Source: a virus
Taxonomy: Duplodnaviria > Caudoviricetes
Length of the DNA: 64,000 nt
IMG/VR virus record: IMGVR_UViG_2636415703_000001
Span: 1 to 64,000 of that record
Direction: 5' to 3' (one strand)
The notes beneath the pieces are model-generated. The model saw nothing but the letters and a program-made list of their open reading frames with translations. It did not search any database and was not told the DNA's origin. The position numbers were made by a program, and so were the translations under genes. Below are positions 9,994-18,239 of the stretch, piece after piece. The first letter of the stretch is position 1; the number at the start of each line of letters is the position of its first letter.

Positions 9994-10124
9994 GCAGTGA
10001 TCACATTAATGATCACTGACTATTCAAACGCGCTGAAAAATCACCGTTTAAGTGTCATTTTTTTAAAATTGGTGTTACTTTTGAGTCTCGCTAAGAGCTT
10101 GAATTCAACCACTGGATAATATAA

Positions 10125-11249
10125 ATGACTAACAAGAAAGCTGTTTTAGTAGCTGTAGATGCGGGTTCGGGCAACGTTACGATTGCCTATGAGGAAGATG
10201 GTCAATGGCTATCCCTTATCACTCCGTCACTGGTCCATGAAGGCCACCAGCAATCCTATTCAAATAATGCGTCATCCACCTGGTTCACTGAAAACGCCAA
10301 CGGGAATGAAGCAGCCTATACCGTCGTGAAAAAGGGCTTTACTGACCTGTACGATACCTGTGACCCGGATTACCAGATTTCCGCTCCACATCGTGTGCTG
10401 GTTCACGAATGCCTTAAGCGTGCGGGTATCGTGGATTGCGACGTTATCCTGGGTGAAACCCTGCCTATCGGTCAGTTCTACAGCGGCACTGGTGTTATCA
10501 ATCAGGACCGTATTAACCGCAAAGTTGAGAGCCTGAAAAAGCCTGTGCGCAACTACAGCGGCGACGTTGCGCCAGCGCGCATCAGACACGTTGAAGTTTT
10601 CCCGGAGGCTGTACCGGCGATTCTGGCCGCACAATCTGAGTTTCCGGAGCTGGAACAGGCGCAAACCATTCTGGTAATCGACATTGGCCGGTTTACTTGT
10701 GATATCGCCATTGTTGATGAAGAGCTGGTGCCGATTAAAAAGGCCAGCTTTGAGCACGGCATTCAGAAGATGATCAACCGCGTTCTGGTGCTGCTGCAGG
10801 AGTTCGAAAAAACGTCTGGCCGCTCATTCAACGCGGAAGAGATCCCGGTAGGTATCGTGGACGACATTATCCGTCAGGGCTACATCGGTTCCCGTATGGA
10901 AGCCGCCAAAGCCAAGCGTATCGACGTGACCAGCGTTATCGATCAGGCAGCTGGTGAGCTGGCGTCTGAAATCTGGCGTGACGTGCGCTCTCTGCTGCGC
11001 AACGTAGTCGCTCTGGATGCTGTACTGGTTGTGGGTGGCGGCGCTAACTATCTGGCAGGCCGTCAGGCTGGCCTGACCGACCACACAGCTGATTGGCACG
11101 ATGTTGTTATCATCCCGGCTAACCCGGAGCTTTCCATTGCGCGTGGCGTGTTTATGGCGCTTATGTCGTCAGAAGACGAGCTGCGCGACTCGATCAAAGA
11201 GACTGCAACTGTTCGCGATATTAAAAGCCGCGCCAGCGATAAAGGTTAA
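10125..11249 (+). CDS. parM: ParM/StbA actin-like partition ATPase
   Basis: Actin-fold motifs VDAGSGNV, VFPEAVPA, IDIGRFTCD, VVGGGA, IARG. Confidence 0.88.
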   Translation: MTNKKAVLVAVDAGSGNVTIAYEEDGQWLSLITPSLVHEGHQQSYSNNASSTWFTENANGNEAAYTVVKKGFTDLYDTCDPDYQISAPHRVLVHECLKRAGIVDCDVILGETLPIGQFYSGTGVINQDRINRKVESLKKPVRNYSGDVAPARIRHVEVFPEAVPAILAAQSEFPELEQAQTILVIDIGRFTCDIAIVDEELVPIKKASFEHGIQKMINRVLVLLQEFEKTSGRSFNAEEIPVGIVDDIIRQGYIGSRMEAAKAKRIDVTSVIDQAAGELASEIWRDVRSLLRNVVALDAVLVVGGGANYLAGRQAGLTDHTADWHDVVIIPANPELSIARGVFMALMSSEDELRDSIKETATVRDIKSRASDKG

Positions 11250-11251
11250 AT

Positions 11252-11812
11252 ATGAGTCAGGTATTAAGATTAAGCGGGCTGGAGGACGACGGACTACTTA
11301 CCGGCGCTGCTCTGAATGAATATAATCGGTTGCAGACGAACGCGGCCAAGCGTAGCTATTTGGTACGCCTGGTGCGTAGCGGCTACGCGCTAGATGAAAT
11401 GGGGCTGAGTCCCGTCATCGAGCTGCTACAGACGACGGACGGCAAGAAGTTCCTGAAAATGTCTGAGCGTGAGCGCCTGCAGCGTCTGCTTACCATGATC
11501 AGCGCTCTGCTGGGTGAGAGTGCTGGCGTACCAGCTGTTTCTGCTCCTGCAACGCCTGCAGCGCCTGCAGCCATGCAGTCAGCACCACCAGCAATGGAAC
11601 AGGCTGAGCCGGAGACAGTTACACCACCAGCAGCTGAGCCGAAGGCTAATACCAGTGAGCCAGCGCAGCCGGTTGCTGAAACGTCCCGGAGTGCGCCGGT
11701 GTCTTCGGATGAAGAAGATAAGCCACAGGCATGGGGTGGCCCGTCTCTGGCAAAAGCCGGTAAGGGACGTAACCTGCTTGCAGCCAGCAAAAAGAACACT
11801 GGTCAGTCCTGA
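11252..11812 (+). CDS. Putative ParR/StbB-like adaptor with disordered C-terminus
   Basis: 2 bp after parM; helical N-terminus, Pro/Ala-rich tail. Confidence 0.6.
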   Translation: MSQVLRLSGLEDDGLLTGAALNEYNRLQTNAAKRSYLVRLVRSGYALDEMGLSPVIELLQTTDGKKFLKMSERERLQRLLTMISALLGESAGVPAVSAPATPAAPAAMQSAPPAMEQAEPETVTPPAAEPKANTSEPAQPVAETSRSAPVSSDEEDKPQAWGGPSLAKAGKGRNLLAASKKNTGQS

Positions 11813-11828
11813 TTATCTTCTGCCCCGC

Positions 11829-12236
11829 TCACATGAGCGGGGCATTTTTCATCCTTCCCCGCATACACATATCCATCAGTTCCCGCGCCATTGCGCATAC
11901 CGATAGCTGATCCAGTTCCTTTTTAAGCAGGACCTGCTTAGTTGCGCTTTCCACACACAGCGAACCGTAATTCAGATCCTTTCGGCCACGCACTTTGAAG
12001 ATGTAGCCATTAATGGCCTCCAGCCGGTATTGCCGGGGATAGGCGTCGGGATGTACCCGGCATTGTGCGAATGGCGAACGGACAAAGGAGCGCAGAATAT
12101 TGGAGATTATACCGGTGTTGACCAATAGGTTCGGGTATTCCCTCTCCACCAGCCTTGTGACTTCGGCCACTGTCATGTAGTCCTTCCTGCGAATCAACAG
12201 ATCGGCCACCTCAATACTGCTCACCTTTTGTTCCAT
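11829..12236 (-). CDS. lpa: Late promoter activator (Lpa-like)
   Basis: wHTH-like; YPRQYRL..INGY.FKVRGR resembles recalled Lpa family; upstream of pacA apart from the par insertion; operator-like motif upstream. Confidence 0.65.
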   Translation of the reverse strand: MEQKVSSIEVADLLIRRKDYMTVAEVTRLVEREYPNLLVNTGIISNILRSFVRSPFAQCRVHPDAYPRQYRLEAINGYIFKVRGRKDLNYGSLCVESATKQVLLKKELDQLSVCAMARELMDMCMRGRMKNAPLM

Positions 12237-12784
12237 AGACTGCTCCGCTTTTAATCACTGCAAGCAATTCTAAGGTTTGTATAATCTGCATAAGGAGGAA
12301 TGACGTAAATATCGCCATTATTAGCAGGTATAAACTGGTATTCAGGACAAATCTGGACATGTCGGACGCAGGTCTTTACTGGCTTGTAGTTTTATCTGGG
12401 AATGAAGATCTAAGTCTGTATGTATGGTCCAATACCGTTAATGACACAAAGTAATGCCATTATGTAATTACGTGAGGGTTGGTACTATTGCGATAAACCT
12501 GAATTTTTTCTTAGATTTTAAATCATAAATCTTTGCATGCCGCTGCCAGATGACGGTAGTTATTCAGTTGAACGTGTGTCAGATTTCCTGCTGAAAATTT
12601 TAGAGTAGTTCCTGAACGTTGCAGACTATGAAAGTTACCATGTCACGTCTTAAACATGAGGTTTCCCAGTTAGGGAATTTTGTTTACAGAATACATCATC
12701 AGGCCTTAGATTATTCGGTAAATTAGGCGAGTCCTTTCATAGAAACAAAATTTGCCTGCATCTTAACTGACTAGTATCATAGAT

Positions 12785-13591
12785 ATGCTCAACAATCCCA
12801 TAACATTCTGGCATTTAGTAAGGGGAAATATGTCGCAGAAAAACCGTGTTATTTTCTGGCTTGCAAGAGCCGATCTGCCATATTTTATCGAGCCTCATGA
12901 GTTTTATGTCGCTGAAGCAAAAAAAAGAATCTTATCGCAGTTTTATGATTTAGAAAAAGAAGCGTATGAGAAAGAAAAAGAGTTCCTTATGGCTGCTGAG
13001 GAATACTATCATGATGACCCTTTTGCGGCCTATGATGATGCTCATGATGCAGGAATTAATTATCTATGGTCTCTCAGTGAAATGCAAAACACTGTGCTAC
13101 TGGCATTAACAGCAGGTATGTACCATCAATTCGACAAAAAATTAAGAGAACATACTATAAGGGAGCTAAGTAATTGGTGTAAAAGAGAAATAATTACCCT
13201 AATGGTTTGGGACTTATCCTTCCACAGACTTTGCGAACTACTAGAGTGGATTGGCCTTAAAATTAGTGGAACTAAGTATGGAGAAAGCATAAAGGCCTGC
13301 AACTTGGTAGTGAACGTATACAAACATGGTGATGGTGATGCACATCGAAAACTATCATGCAATCATCCTGAATATTATCCTTACGCAACCGGTTTTCGAC
13401 GCGGAAAAAGCGAACCTAAACATGACGACTTACATGTTTCCGAAGAACAATTTGTAAGTTTTTCTGACTCGATAACATCGTTTTGGAAAGCTGTCCCAGA
13501 GGAATGTTATTACCTTGACCTAAAAGAACCGCCCACATGGTTAGATAAAGTTGTGGGAAAGGTAGAAAAAAAACTCAAAGACAAGGAGTAG
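12785..13591 (+). CDS. AT-rich hypothetical protein, possible degenerate HEPN-like
   Basis: 268 aa, opposite strand to neighbours; helical with LVVNVYKHGDG motif. Confidence 0.6.
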   Translation: MLNNPITFWHLVRGNMSQKNRVIFWLARADLPYFIEPHEFYVAEAKKRILSQFYDLEKEAYEKEKEFLMAAEEYYHDDPFAAYDDAHDAGINYLWSLSEMQNTVLLALTAGMYHQFDKKLREHTIRELSNWCKREIITLMVWDLSFHRLCELLEWIGLKISGTKYGESIKACNLVVNVYKHGDGDAHRKLSCNHPEYYPYATGFRRGKSEPKHDDLHVSEEQFVSFSDSITSFWKAVPEECYYLDLKEPPTWLDKVVGKVEKKLKDKE

Positions 13592-13705
13592 CCAAACCAT
13601 TTGAAGCTTATCATTTAATACATTCAGCTTAATATAATTATTTATATACACCATAAAACCAGAACCTTAAAATAATTTAAGATTAAAATATAGTCACAAG
13701 ATTTT

Positions 13706-14290
13706 TTAAATAAGCCTCCAGTCTGTTGCCAATAAGTCGATAGAAGCAGGAGCCCAGTCGGAAATCGTTTGCTTTTCGGTATCAATGAGCAAAAGCTGGG
13801 GCATCTGAGTTACGGCCACATCCTGGCTGCAATCAAAGTACCGGGCCGGTACGCCGTACATGTCAGATCCGTTAAGTGCTGCGCGTGTCAGCCCTCTGGT
13901 GAGATGTAGATAAACACCCTTCCCCCATGCAGCCCGCGCTACCTTGCAGCCCTCTGACAGCCATAATTGCGCCACGGCCAGCGGCGCATGTTCCTGTCTG
14001 AAGTTCAGTTCGCCTGCATCGATCATCGCCTCATTGCGAAGAATCAGGTCATGCAGCTTAATCAGTGCGGCGCATGCGGCGTAGTTCAGTGTTTTCCCGT
14101 AACCGGTCATTGTCAGGCCGCTTTTGCTAATAATGGCGGCGTAACCTGCATTTGTGGTCTTGGATGTGTCAGTAATGGTGTAACCCAGGCGGGAAATGGT
14201 ATCCAGCAGCGCCATGTAATCGCCTGCATAGTCGGCTTCTGCGTCTGCAATCAGGCTGATAGTCGCGTTTAACTGTTGAGCGGTCATCAT
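13706..14290 (-). CDS. DUF2829/Tad2-like domain protein (TciA-like)
   Basis: C-terminal GCKVARAAWGKG...WAPASIDLLATDW signature. Confidence 0.75.
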   Translation of the reverse strand: MMTAQQLNATISLIADAEADYAGDYMALLDTISRLGYTITDTSKTTNAGYAAIISKSGLTMTGYGKTLNYAACAALIKLHDLILRNEAMIDAGELNFRQEHAPLAVAQLWLSEGCKVARAAWGKGVYLHLTRGLTRAALNGSDMYGVPARYFDCSQDVAVTQMPQLLLIDTEKQTISDWAPASIDLLATDWRLI

Positions 14291-14292
14291 TA

Positions 14293-14541
14293 TTAATAGC
14301 CTCGTTTCTGCTTGCGCTTCTGCGCTGCTTGCCTGCGTTTCTTCTCTGCGGCCCAGTGCTGCTGAGCTTCCGCAATGCTTGTGGCCAAATGACGTATTCC
14401 CTTTTCGATCTCTTCCTGTAGGGGTGGCCTGCTTTCGTCCACCAGTAGCGTTCTCACCTGCGGAACCGGGACGGACGGCGGACGGCGGGCAACCCAGCTG
14501 AGACTCCCCATAATTACGCCCATCAGTGCGATCTTCTTCAT
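14293..14541 (-). CDS. Small basic hypothetical protein
   Basis: MKKIALMG...AAQKRKQKRGY; 2 bp before DUF2829 gene. Confidence 0.5.
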   Translation of the reverse strand: MKKIALMGVIMGSLSWVARRPPSVPVPQVRTLLVDESRPPLQEEIEKGIRHLATSIAEAQQHWAAEKKRRQAAQKRKQKRGY

Positions 14542-14675
14542 GCGTTTTCTCTTCCTGCAGGCGTGCAGAATCCCCGGCAGGTGCCGGTGATTAAAGTTCA
14601 CCTGGTTAAGTCCGGCGTGGGATACGCACGGCGATAATCTGAAGCCTGCGCCGGCGCGTGGCCGGGTGGCTGTAA

Positions 14676-14781
14676 TGGCATTGTGCTGACCGGATTCGAA
14701 CCGGCTACCATCCGTCTGTCCCCATCAGGCCTTACGGCTATTCAATGGAACGGCGGTTGCTTCCGTTAAGCGGCAACACAA
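14676..14781 (-). ncRNA. tRNA-like RNA with greatly extended anticodon arm
   Basis: Acceptor TGTGTTG/CAGCACA, D-like GCTT-AACGG-AAGC, T-arm GCCGG-TTCGAAT-CCGGT, 3' ATGCCA. Confidence 0.6.
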
Positions 14782-14823
14782 CGGTAAAAGCACGTTGCAG
14801 GCGCTCTTACCTGTTGTCCTGTC

Positions 14824-14946
14824 TCAGCATGCCACCAACTGCGCGATAAGCCATTTGTGACCGGCAAACAGTCCTGCATTAAGCAGGCAGTGAAACATGA
14901 CAAACTGCATGGCTCTCATAGTCTTTGTGTAGTTGCTGTCACTCAT
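14824..14946 (-). CDS. Putative 40-aa hydrophobic peptide
   Basis: MSDSNYTKTMRAMQFVMFHCLLNAGLFAGHKWLIAQLVAC; weak SD. Confidence 0.3.
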   Translation of the reverse strand: MSDSNYTKTMRAMQFVMFHCLLNAGLFAGHKWLIAQLVAC

Positions 14947-15295
14947 GCGTTCTGCATCCGGATAAACTGACTGTATGACACTGATGATGCCTGATATGTC
15001 AGGGAAAGCGTTAGTGGTGGCCGGTGCCATACCCGGCAAATAACCTCTTAAGTGACTGGTCAACCTGGTTACTGGCGGCTTTAACCCCTGTGTACGCGAC
15101 TGAAGATGCGGGGGCCAGTCTTGCGATCGCAGCAGCAACTGCGAATGCACCACAACGGAGAGAGCACTGCATTTGACCACCTTACGCCGCGTGTCCCGTA
15201 ACGTTGCCTTTGCGACCTTACAGCTTTGCCGCCAGGGGAAGTTACACAGGGGCAGGCCATATATCCGGCGCAATGCTCTTTCCTGTTGGTGTGAC

Positions 15296-15424
15296 TTATT
15301 TGCGGCGCTTCTGCTTCCTGCCGCCTCTTACCGCCTTGATGAATGTCTCGATGGCATAGATGGCCACCAGCGCATAAATTACAGTGAGAAATGGGTGCTC
15401 TGCAGCAAACTCTGATAACGACAT
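15296..15424 (-). CDS. 42-aa single-TM peptide with basic tail
   Basis: Manual translation MSLSEFAAEHPFLTVIYALVAIYAIETFIKAVRGGRKQKRRK; AAGGA SD. Confidence 0.6.
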   Translation of the reverse strand: MSLSEFAAEHPFLTVIYALVAIYAIETFIKAVRGGRKQKRRK

Positions 15425-16378
15425 ATTGCGTCCTTCGTGGAGGAATGCTGTCTCTTCCAGCAGTCAGAACTAAACGCCCAGGCGCTCAACCCGTGATGGC
15501 AACAACCTATTCGCTGGCTGGTACATTCTGTGTTGACCGGATAACCAAATAGACGAGAAGGAAATAAAACGCCCATGCTCCGCACCCACATGTCCCAAAT
15601 GCCCCACTTTCGGCCACCAGCAGGGATCGCTGGCATATCGTTACTGGCCGGGCTCAATAGTGTTGCTGTGACCGTTTCCCGTTAGCGCGATTGTTCACTG
15701 AGGCGGGACTTAAACCCGCTTTGCTTTCGCAGCCCATCGCTGACCGCCCGTGTTAATTCACAGGCAAGGCTTTCGCCCCGTGGATTCCGTATCCACAACT
15801 CCTACGGTGTGTTAAAGCGATCACCACAACGGCCGAGAACACTGAGCAACCACGCGCCGGGTGCTCATTTAAGTCACCCTACAGTGCCCTCGCCGTTATG
15901 GGCTGGACTTTCCCAGCAGTCACGGCGTGTTGAGGCCTGCCGATACCCTGCCCCGCCACCAGCCAAATTAGCCAGTAAACAGGGCATCGCCTGGTGTTGA
16001 CGTGTAGTGCATGGGAGGCTGGTGCCACCAGCTGTCCGATACGGAATCTACGGACGGGTCATGTAAAGGAATTTGCAAAACGTCAGGTAACGGTTCCGTC
16101 CCGCGTGCGCATAGCCGCATTCCCCCATTTGTGAGCGCGCTGACAGAGGTAATCTTTCGCCAAACGCCAGGTAAAACGACAGAAGCACCAGCACGCTCAC
16201 AAATGGTGATCCCTTACGAGGATCAGGCGGGAACATGTTTAAGCCTCATGGGGCGTTCTATGCGCGGGATTAGTCCATCAACCGCGTTCACTGCCATGAC
16301 AGGAGGGGCTACTTGCCGTTCACCCTACTCATAACACGCCCGGAAAAAGCTAATAACCGAGGGCGGCCCGTTACGAAC

Positions 16379-16451
16379 TGGTGCATGGGGCCTGATTTGA
16401 ACCGGCGGCGGACTCAACACCTTCTGCGTTCGGCCTCTTCGCTACCCATGC
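16379..16451 (-). tRNA. Degenerate tRNA or tRNA mimic with no assignable anticodon
   Basis: Acceptor GCATGGG/CCCATGC plus ACCA, D-arm GCG..CGC, T-arm GCCGG-TTCAAAT-CAGGC; only 19 nt, non-pairing, between D and T arms. Confidence 0.6.
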
Positions 16452-16629
16452 TGAATACTTGCCGGTGCATACCCGGCGCGGACACTTAGGTATCTGGTCA
16501 ACCTGTCCGCTTGCGTCACGTATGAGGTCAGGAAACCTCGCCAGATTTGCAGTGCGTTTGCCTCGCTTGCTAAAGTGTTTTCCCCGTTTCAGCCGTCAGC
16601 ACACCCTGATGCACTCACGGCTGAACCTG

Positions 16630-16655
16630 AAAAAAAGCCCGGAAACTACCGGGCC
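16630..16655 (-). terminator. Intrinsic terminator or attenuator about 70-95 nt after promoter
   Basis: GCCCGG-TAGTTT-CCGGGC-TTTTTTT on minus strand. Confidence 0.7.
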
Positions 16656-16732
16656 TAAAACCCTACTACACACAGCAAAGCCTACTATTATGAATATTGC
16701 ACGGAGCCGTTAAGCCCTTGTCAGCGGGGAGA

Positions 16733-16791
16733 AATGTACACAATGCAGAGTGATGAATCAATGAAAATCTAAGAATCTCCTTAGATTTTCA
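16733..16791 (-). promoter_or_regulatory. Sigma70 promoter with adjacent inverted double operator
   Basis: TTGATT-N17-TACATT; adjacent palindrome TGAAAATCTAAG-AATCTC-CTTAGATTTTCA. Confidence 0.65.
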
Positions 16792-16809
16792 AAGCACATC
16801 GAAGGAGGG

Positions 16810-18099
16810 TTAGCGCCGCTTTATCTTAGGGTTCTTGATGTTCTCGATGTCACCATTCACTTGCGTCCATTTAATGCACCAGCTGTTTATTGCTGCGCGG
16901 ACCTCATTCACTGATACCTCGCTTAGCCCCTTCACTTTCGCCAGCTGGTCAGGCAGTTCGCCACCAGCATCTGCAACAGTCTCATACCCGTCTTTAATCA
17001 GTGCGTTAAGGATGCGTGTCGGTATGGCCAGCTCGGAAACAGGTGCAGCTTTGCCGTCCTGAATGCGCTGGTGAAGACGTGGGAAATCCTGCGCCAGGCG
17101 CTTCATAATCAGTGTGTGCAGCTCGTCATTGATAGTCGTGTCCCACATCGGTTCGAGCTCCGGTAGCAGGCGGAATACAGGGTTTCCCCATATTCCCGGC
17201 ACCACGTCCATAGCCAGCATCATCGCTGTGCGGATCTGTAAATGAAAATCAGCCGTCTCGATCGAGATATCGCGGATACCGTGGAAGACGCTAAGCCCAA
17301 AGTGGAAGTTGTAGATGTAGCAACCCACGTCGCCGGTGCCGTCCGGCAGCTGAAGCAGGAACTGCTGCACGTCTTCCCGGCCATCGTGGAAATCGACGCG
17401 TTCCTTCAGGTGGTTGTAAAGAGCGGTCGTCTTCATCAGGTCATTGGCCGTCGCGGCGCGCTGGCGGCGCTCTTCTCCGACAACCTTATCCGCAATGTTG
17501 AGTTTACTCTGCAGCTCCTGTCGTTTGCTGCTGTCTTTCTTACGATCGGCGCGCATCTGCGAAATGGTTTTGTCACGCTCATTCAGATCACGCGCCAAGC
17601 GCTCAGGATTTTTACGTCGATACTGGGAGTATTCCTGCGTCACTGTGGCAATGGCCAGCTGCGCGGTTGTCAGGGCTGATCTCACTCCCTCCAGCTGGTT
17701 CTCTGCGTTTATCACGCGGTTGTCCGCCTCAAGCACCTGAAGATTAGCCGCCTCGCGTGCCTCTTCGATGGCGTTCTCTGCATCGAGACGGATTTGCGCT
17801 ACTTCACTCTGCAAAGCGGACTGGGCGCTTAGCTGCTGCTGCGCCTGCTCCAGCGTGTCAAGCATCAGGTTGTACGTGTCAGTTTCATGATTAAGGCGCA
17901 TGCCAATATCAATCTGGATCTGCTCCAGCGCGTTCGTGCAGTTATCAAGAAGGCGCTGCTCCAGGTCATCGAGCGTCAGGCGTTTACGGATGGAATTAAG
18001 CTGGCCGTAAGCGGTGACAAAGGCTTGGTGAAGAACTTCGTCATCGACTTTGCATAAAGGGAGATTTTGCAGCTGTTGGAGTGGAGCGAGAGTAGTCAT
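16810..18099 (-). CDS. pmgS: PmgS-like coiled-coil protein with C-terminal alpha-CTD/HhH-like domain
   Basis: LDDLEQRLLDN...NHETDTYN matches a recalled P1 protein of similar length; C-terminal PVSELAIPTRILNAL...KVKGLSEVS. Confidence 0.65.
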   Translation of the reverse strand: MTTLAPLQQLQNLPLCKVDDEVLHQAFVTAYGQLNSIRKRLTLDDLEQRLLDNCTNALEQIQIDIGMRLNHETDTYNLMLDTLEQAQQQLSAQSALQSEVAQIRLDAENAIEEAREAANLQVLEADNRVINAENQLEGVRSALTTAQLAIATVTQEYSQYRRKNPERLARDLNERDKTISQMRADRKKDSSKRQELQSKLNIADKVVGEERRQRAATANDLMKTTALYNHLKERVDFHDGREDVQQFLLQLPDGTGDVGCYIYNFHFGLSVFHGIRDISIETADFHLQIRTAMMLAMDVVPGIWGNPVFRLLPELEPMWDTTINDELHTLIMKRLAQDFPRLHQRIQDGKAAPVSELAIPTRILNALIKDGYETVADAGGELPDQLAKVKGLSEVSVNEVRAAINSWCIKWTQVNGDIENIKNPKIKRR

Positions 18100-18239
18100 A
18101 TTGAGAATCAGATCCGCATGTTATTTGCGAAGAATGATAACTCGAAATTAACCACTGTCTAATATTTTTCTTAGATTTAATTAAATGATTAAGCTGGGTT
18201 GCTGGTGGCGTTGTCTCGGATTCCGCCACCAGCAGAGGA

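Noticed and set aside
12336-12431. Possible LexA boxes (CTGGTATTCAGGACAA, CTGTATGTATGGTCCA)
   Set aside because: Both lack the required terminal CAG
14778-15901. CRISPR array from repeated CACAACGG motifs
   Set aside because: Repeats are short, irregularly spaced and paired as inverted arms; no cas genes present
14824-16713. ORF-track ORFs of 60-150 aa in the structured region
   Set aside because: Non-ATG or SD-less starts, overlapping on both strands, no protein-like composition
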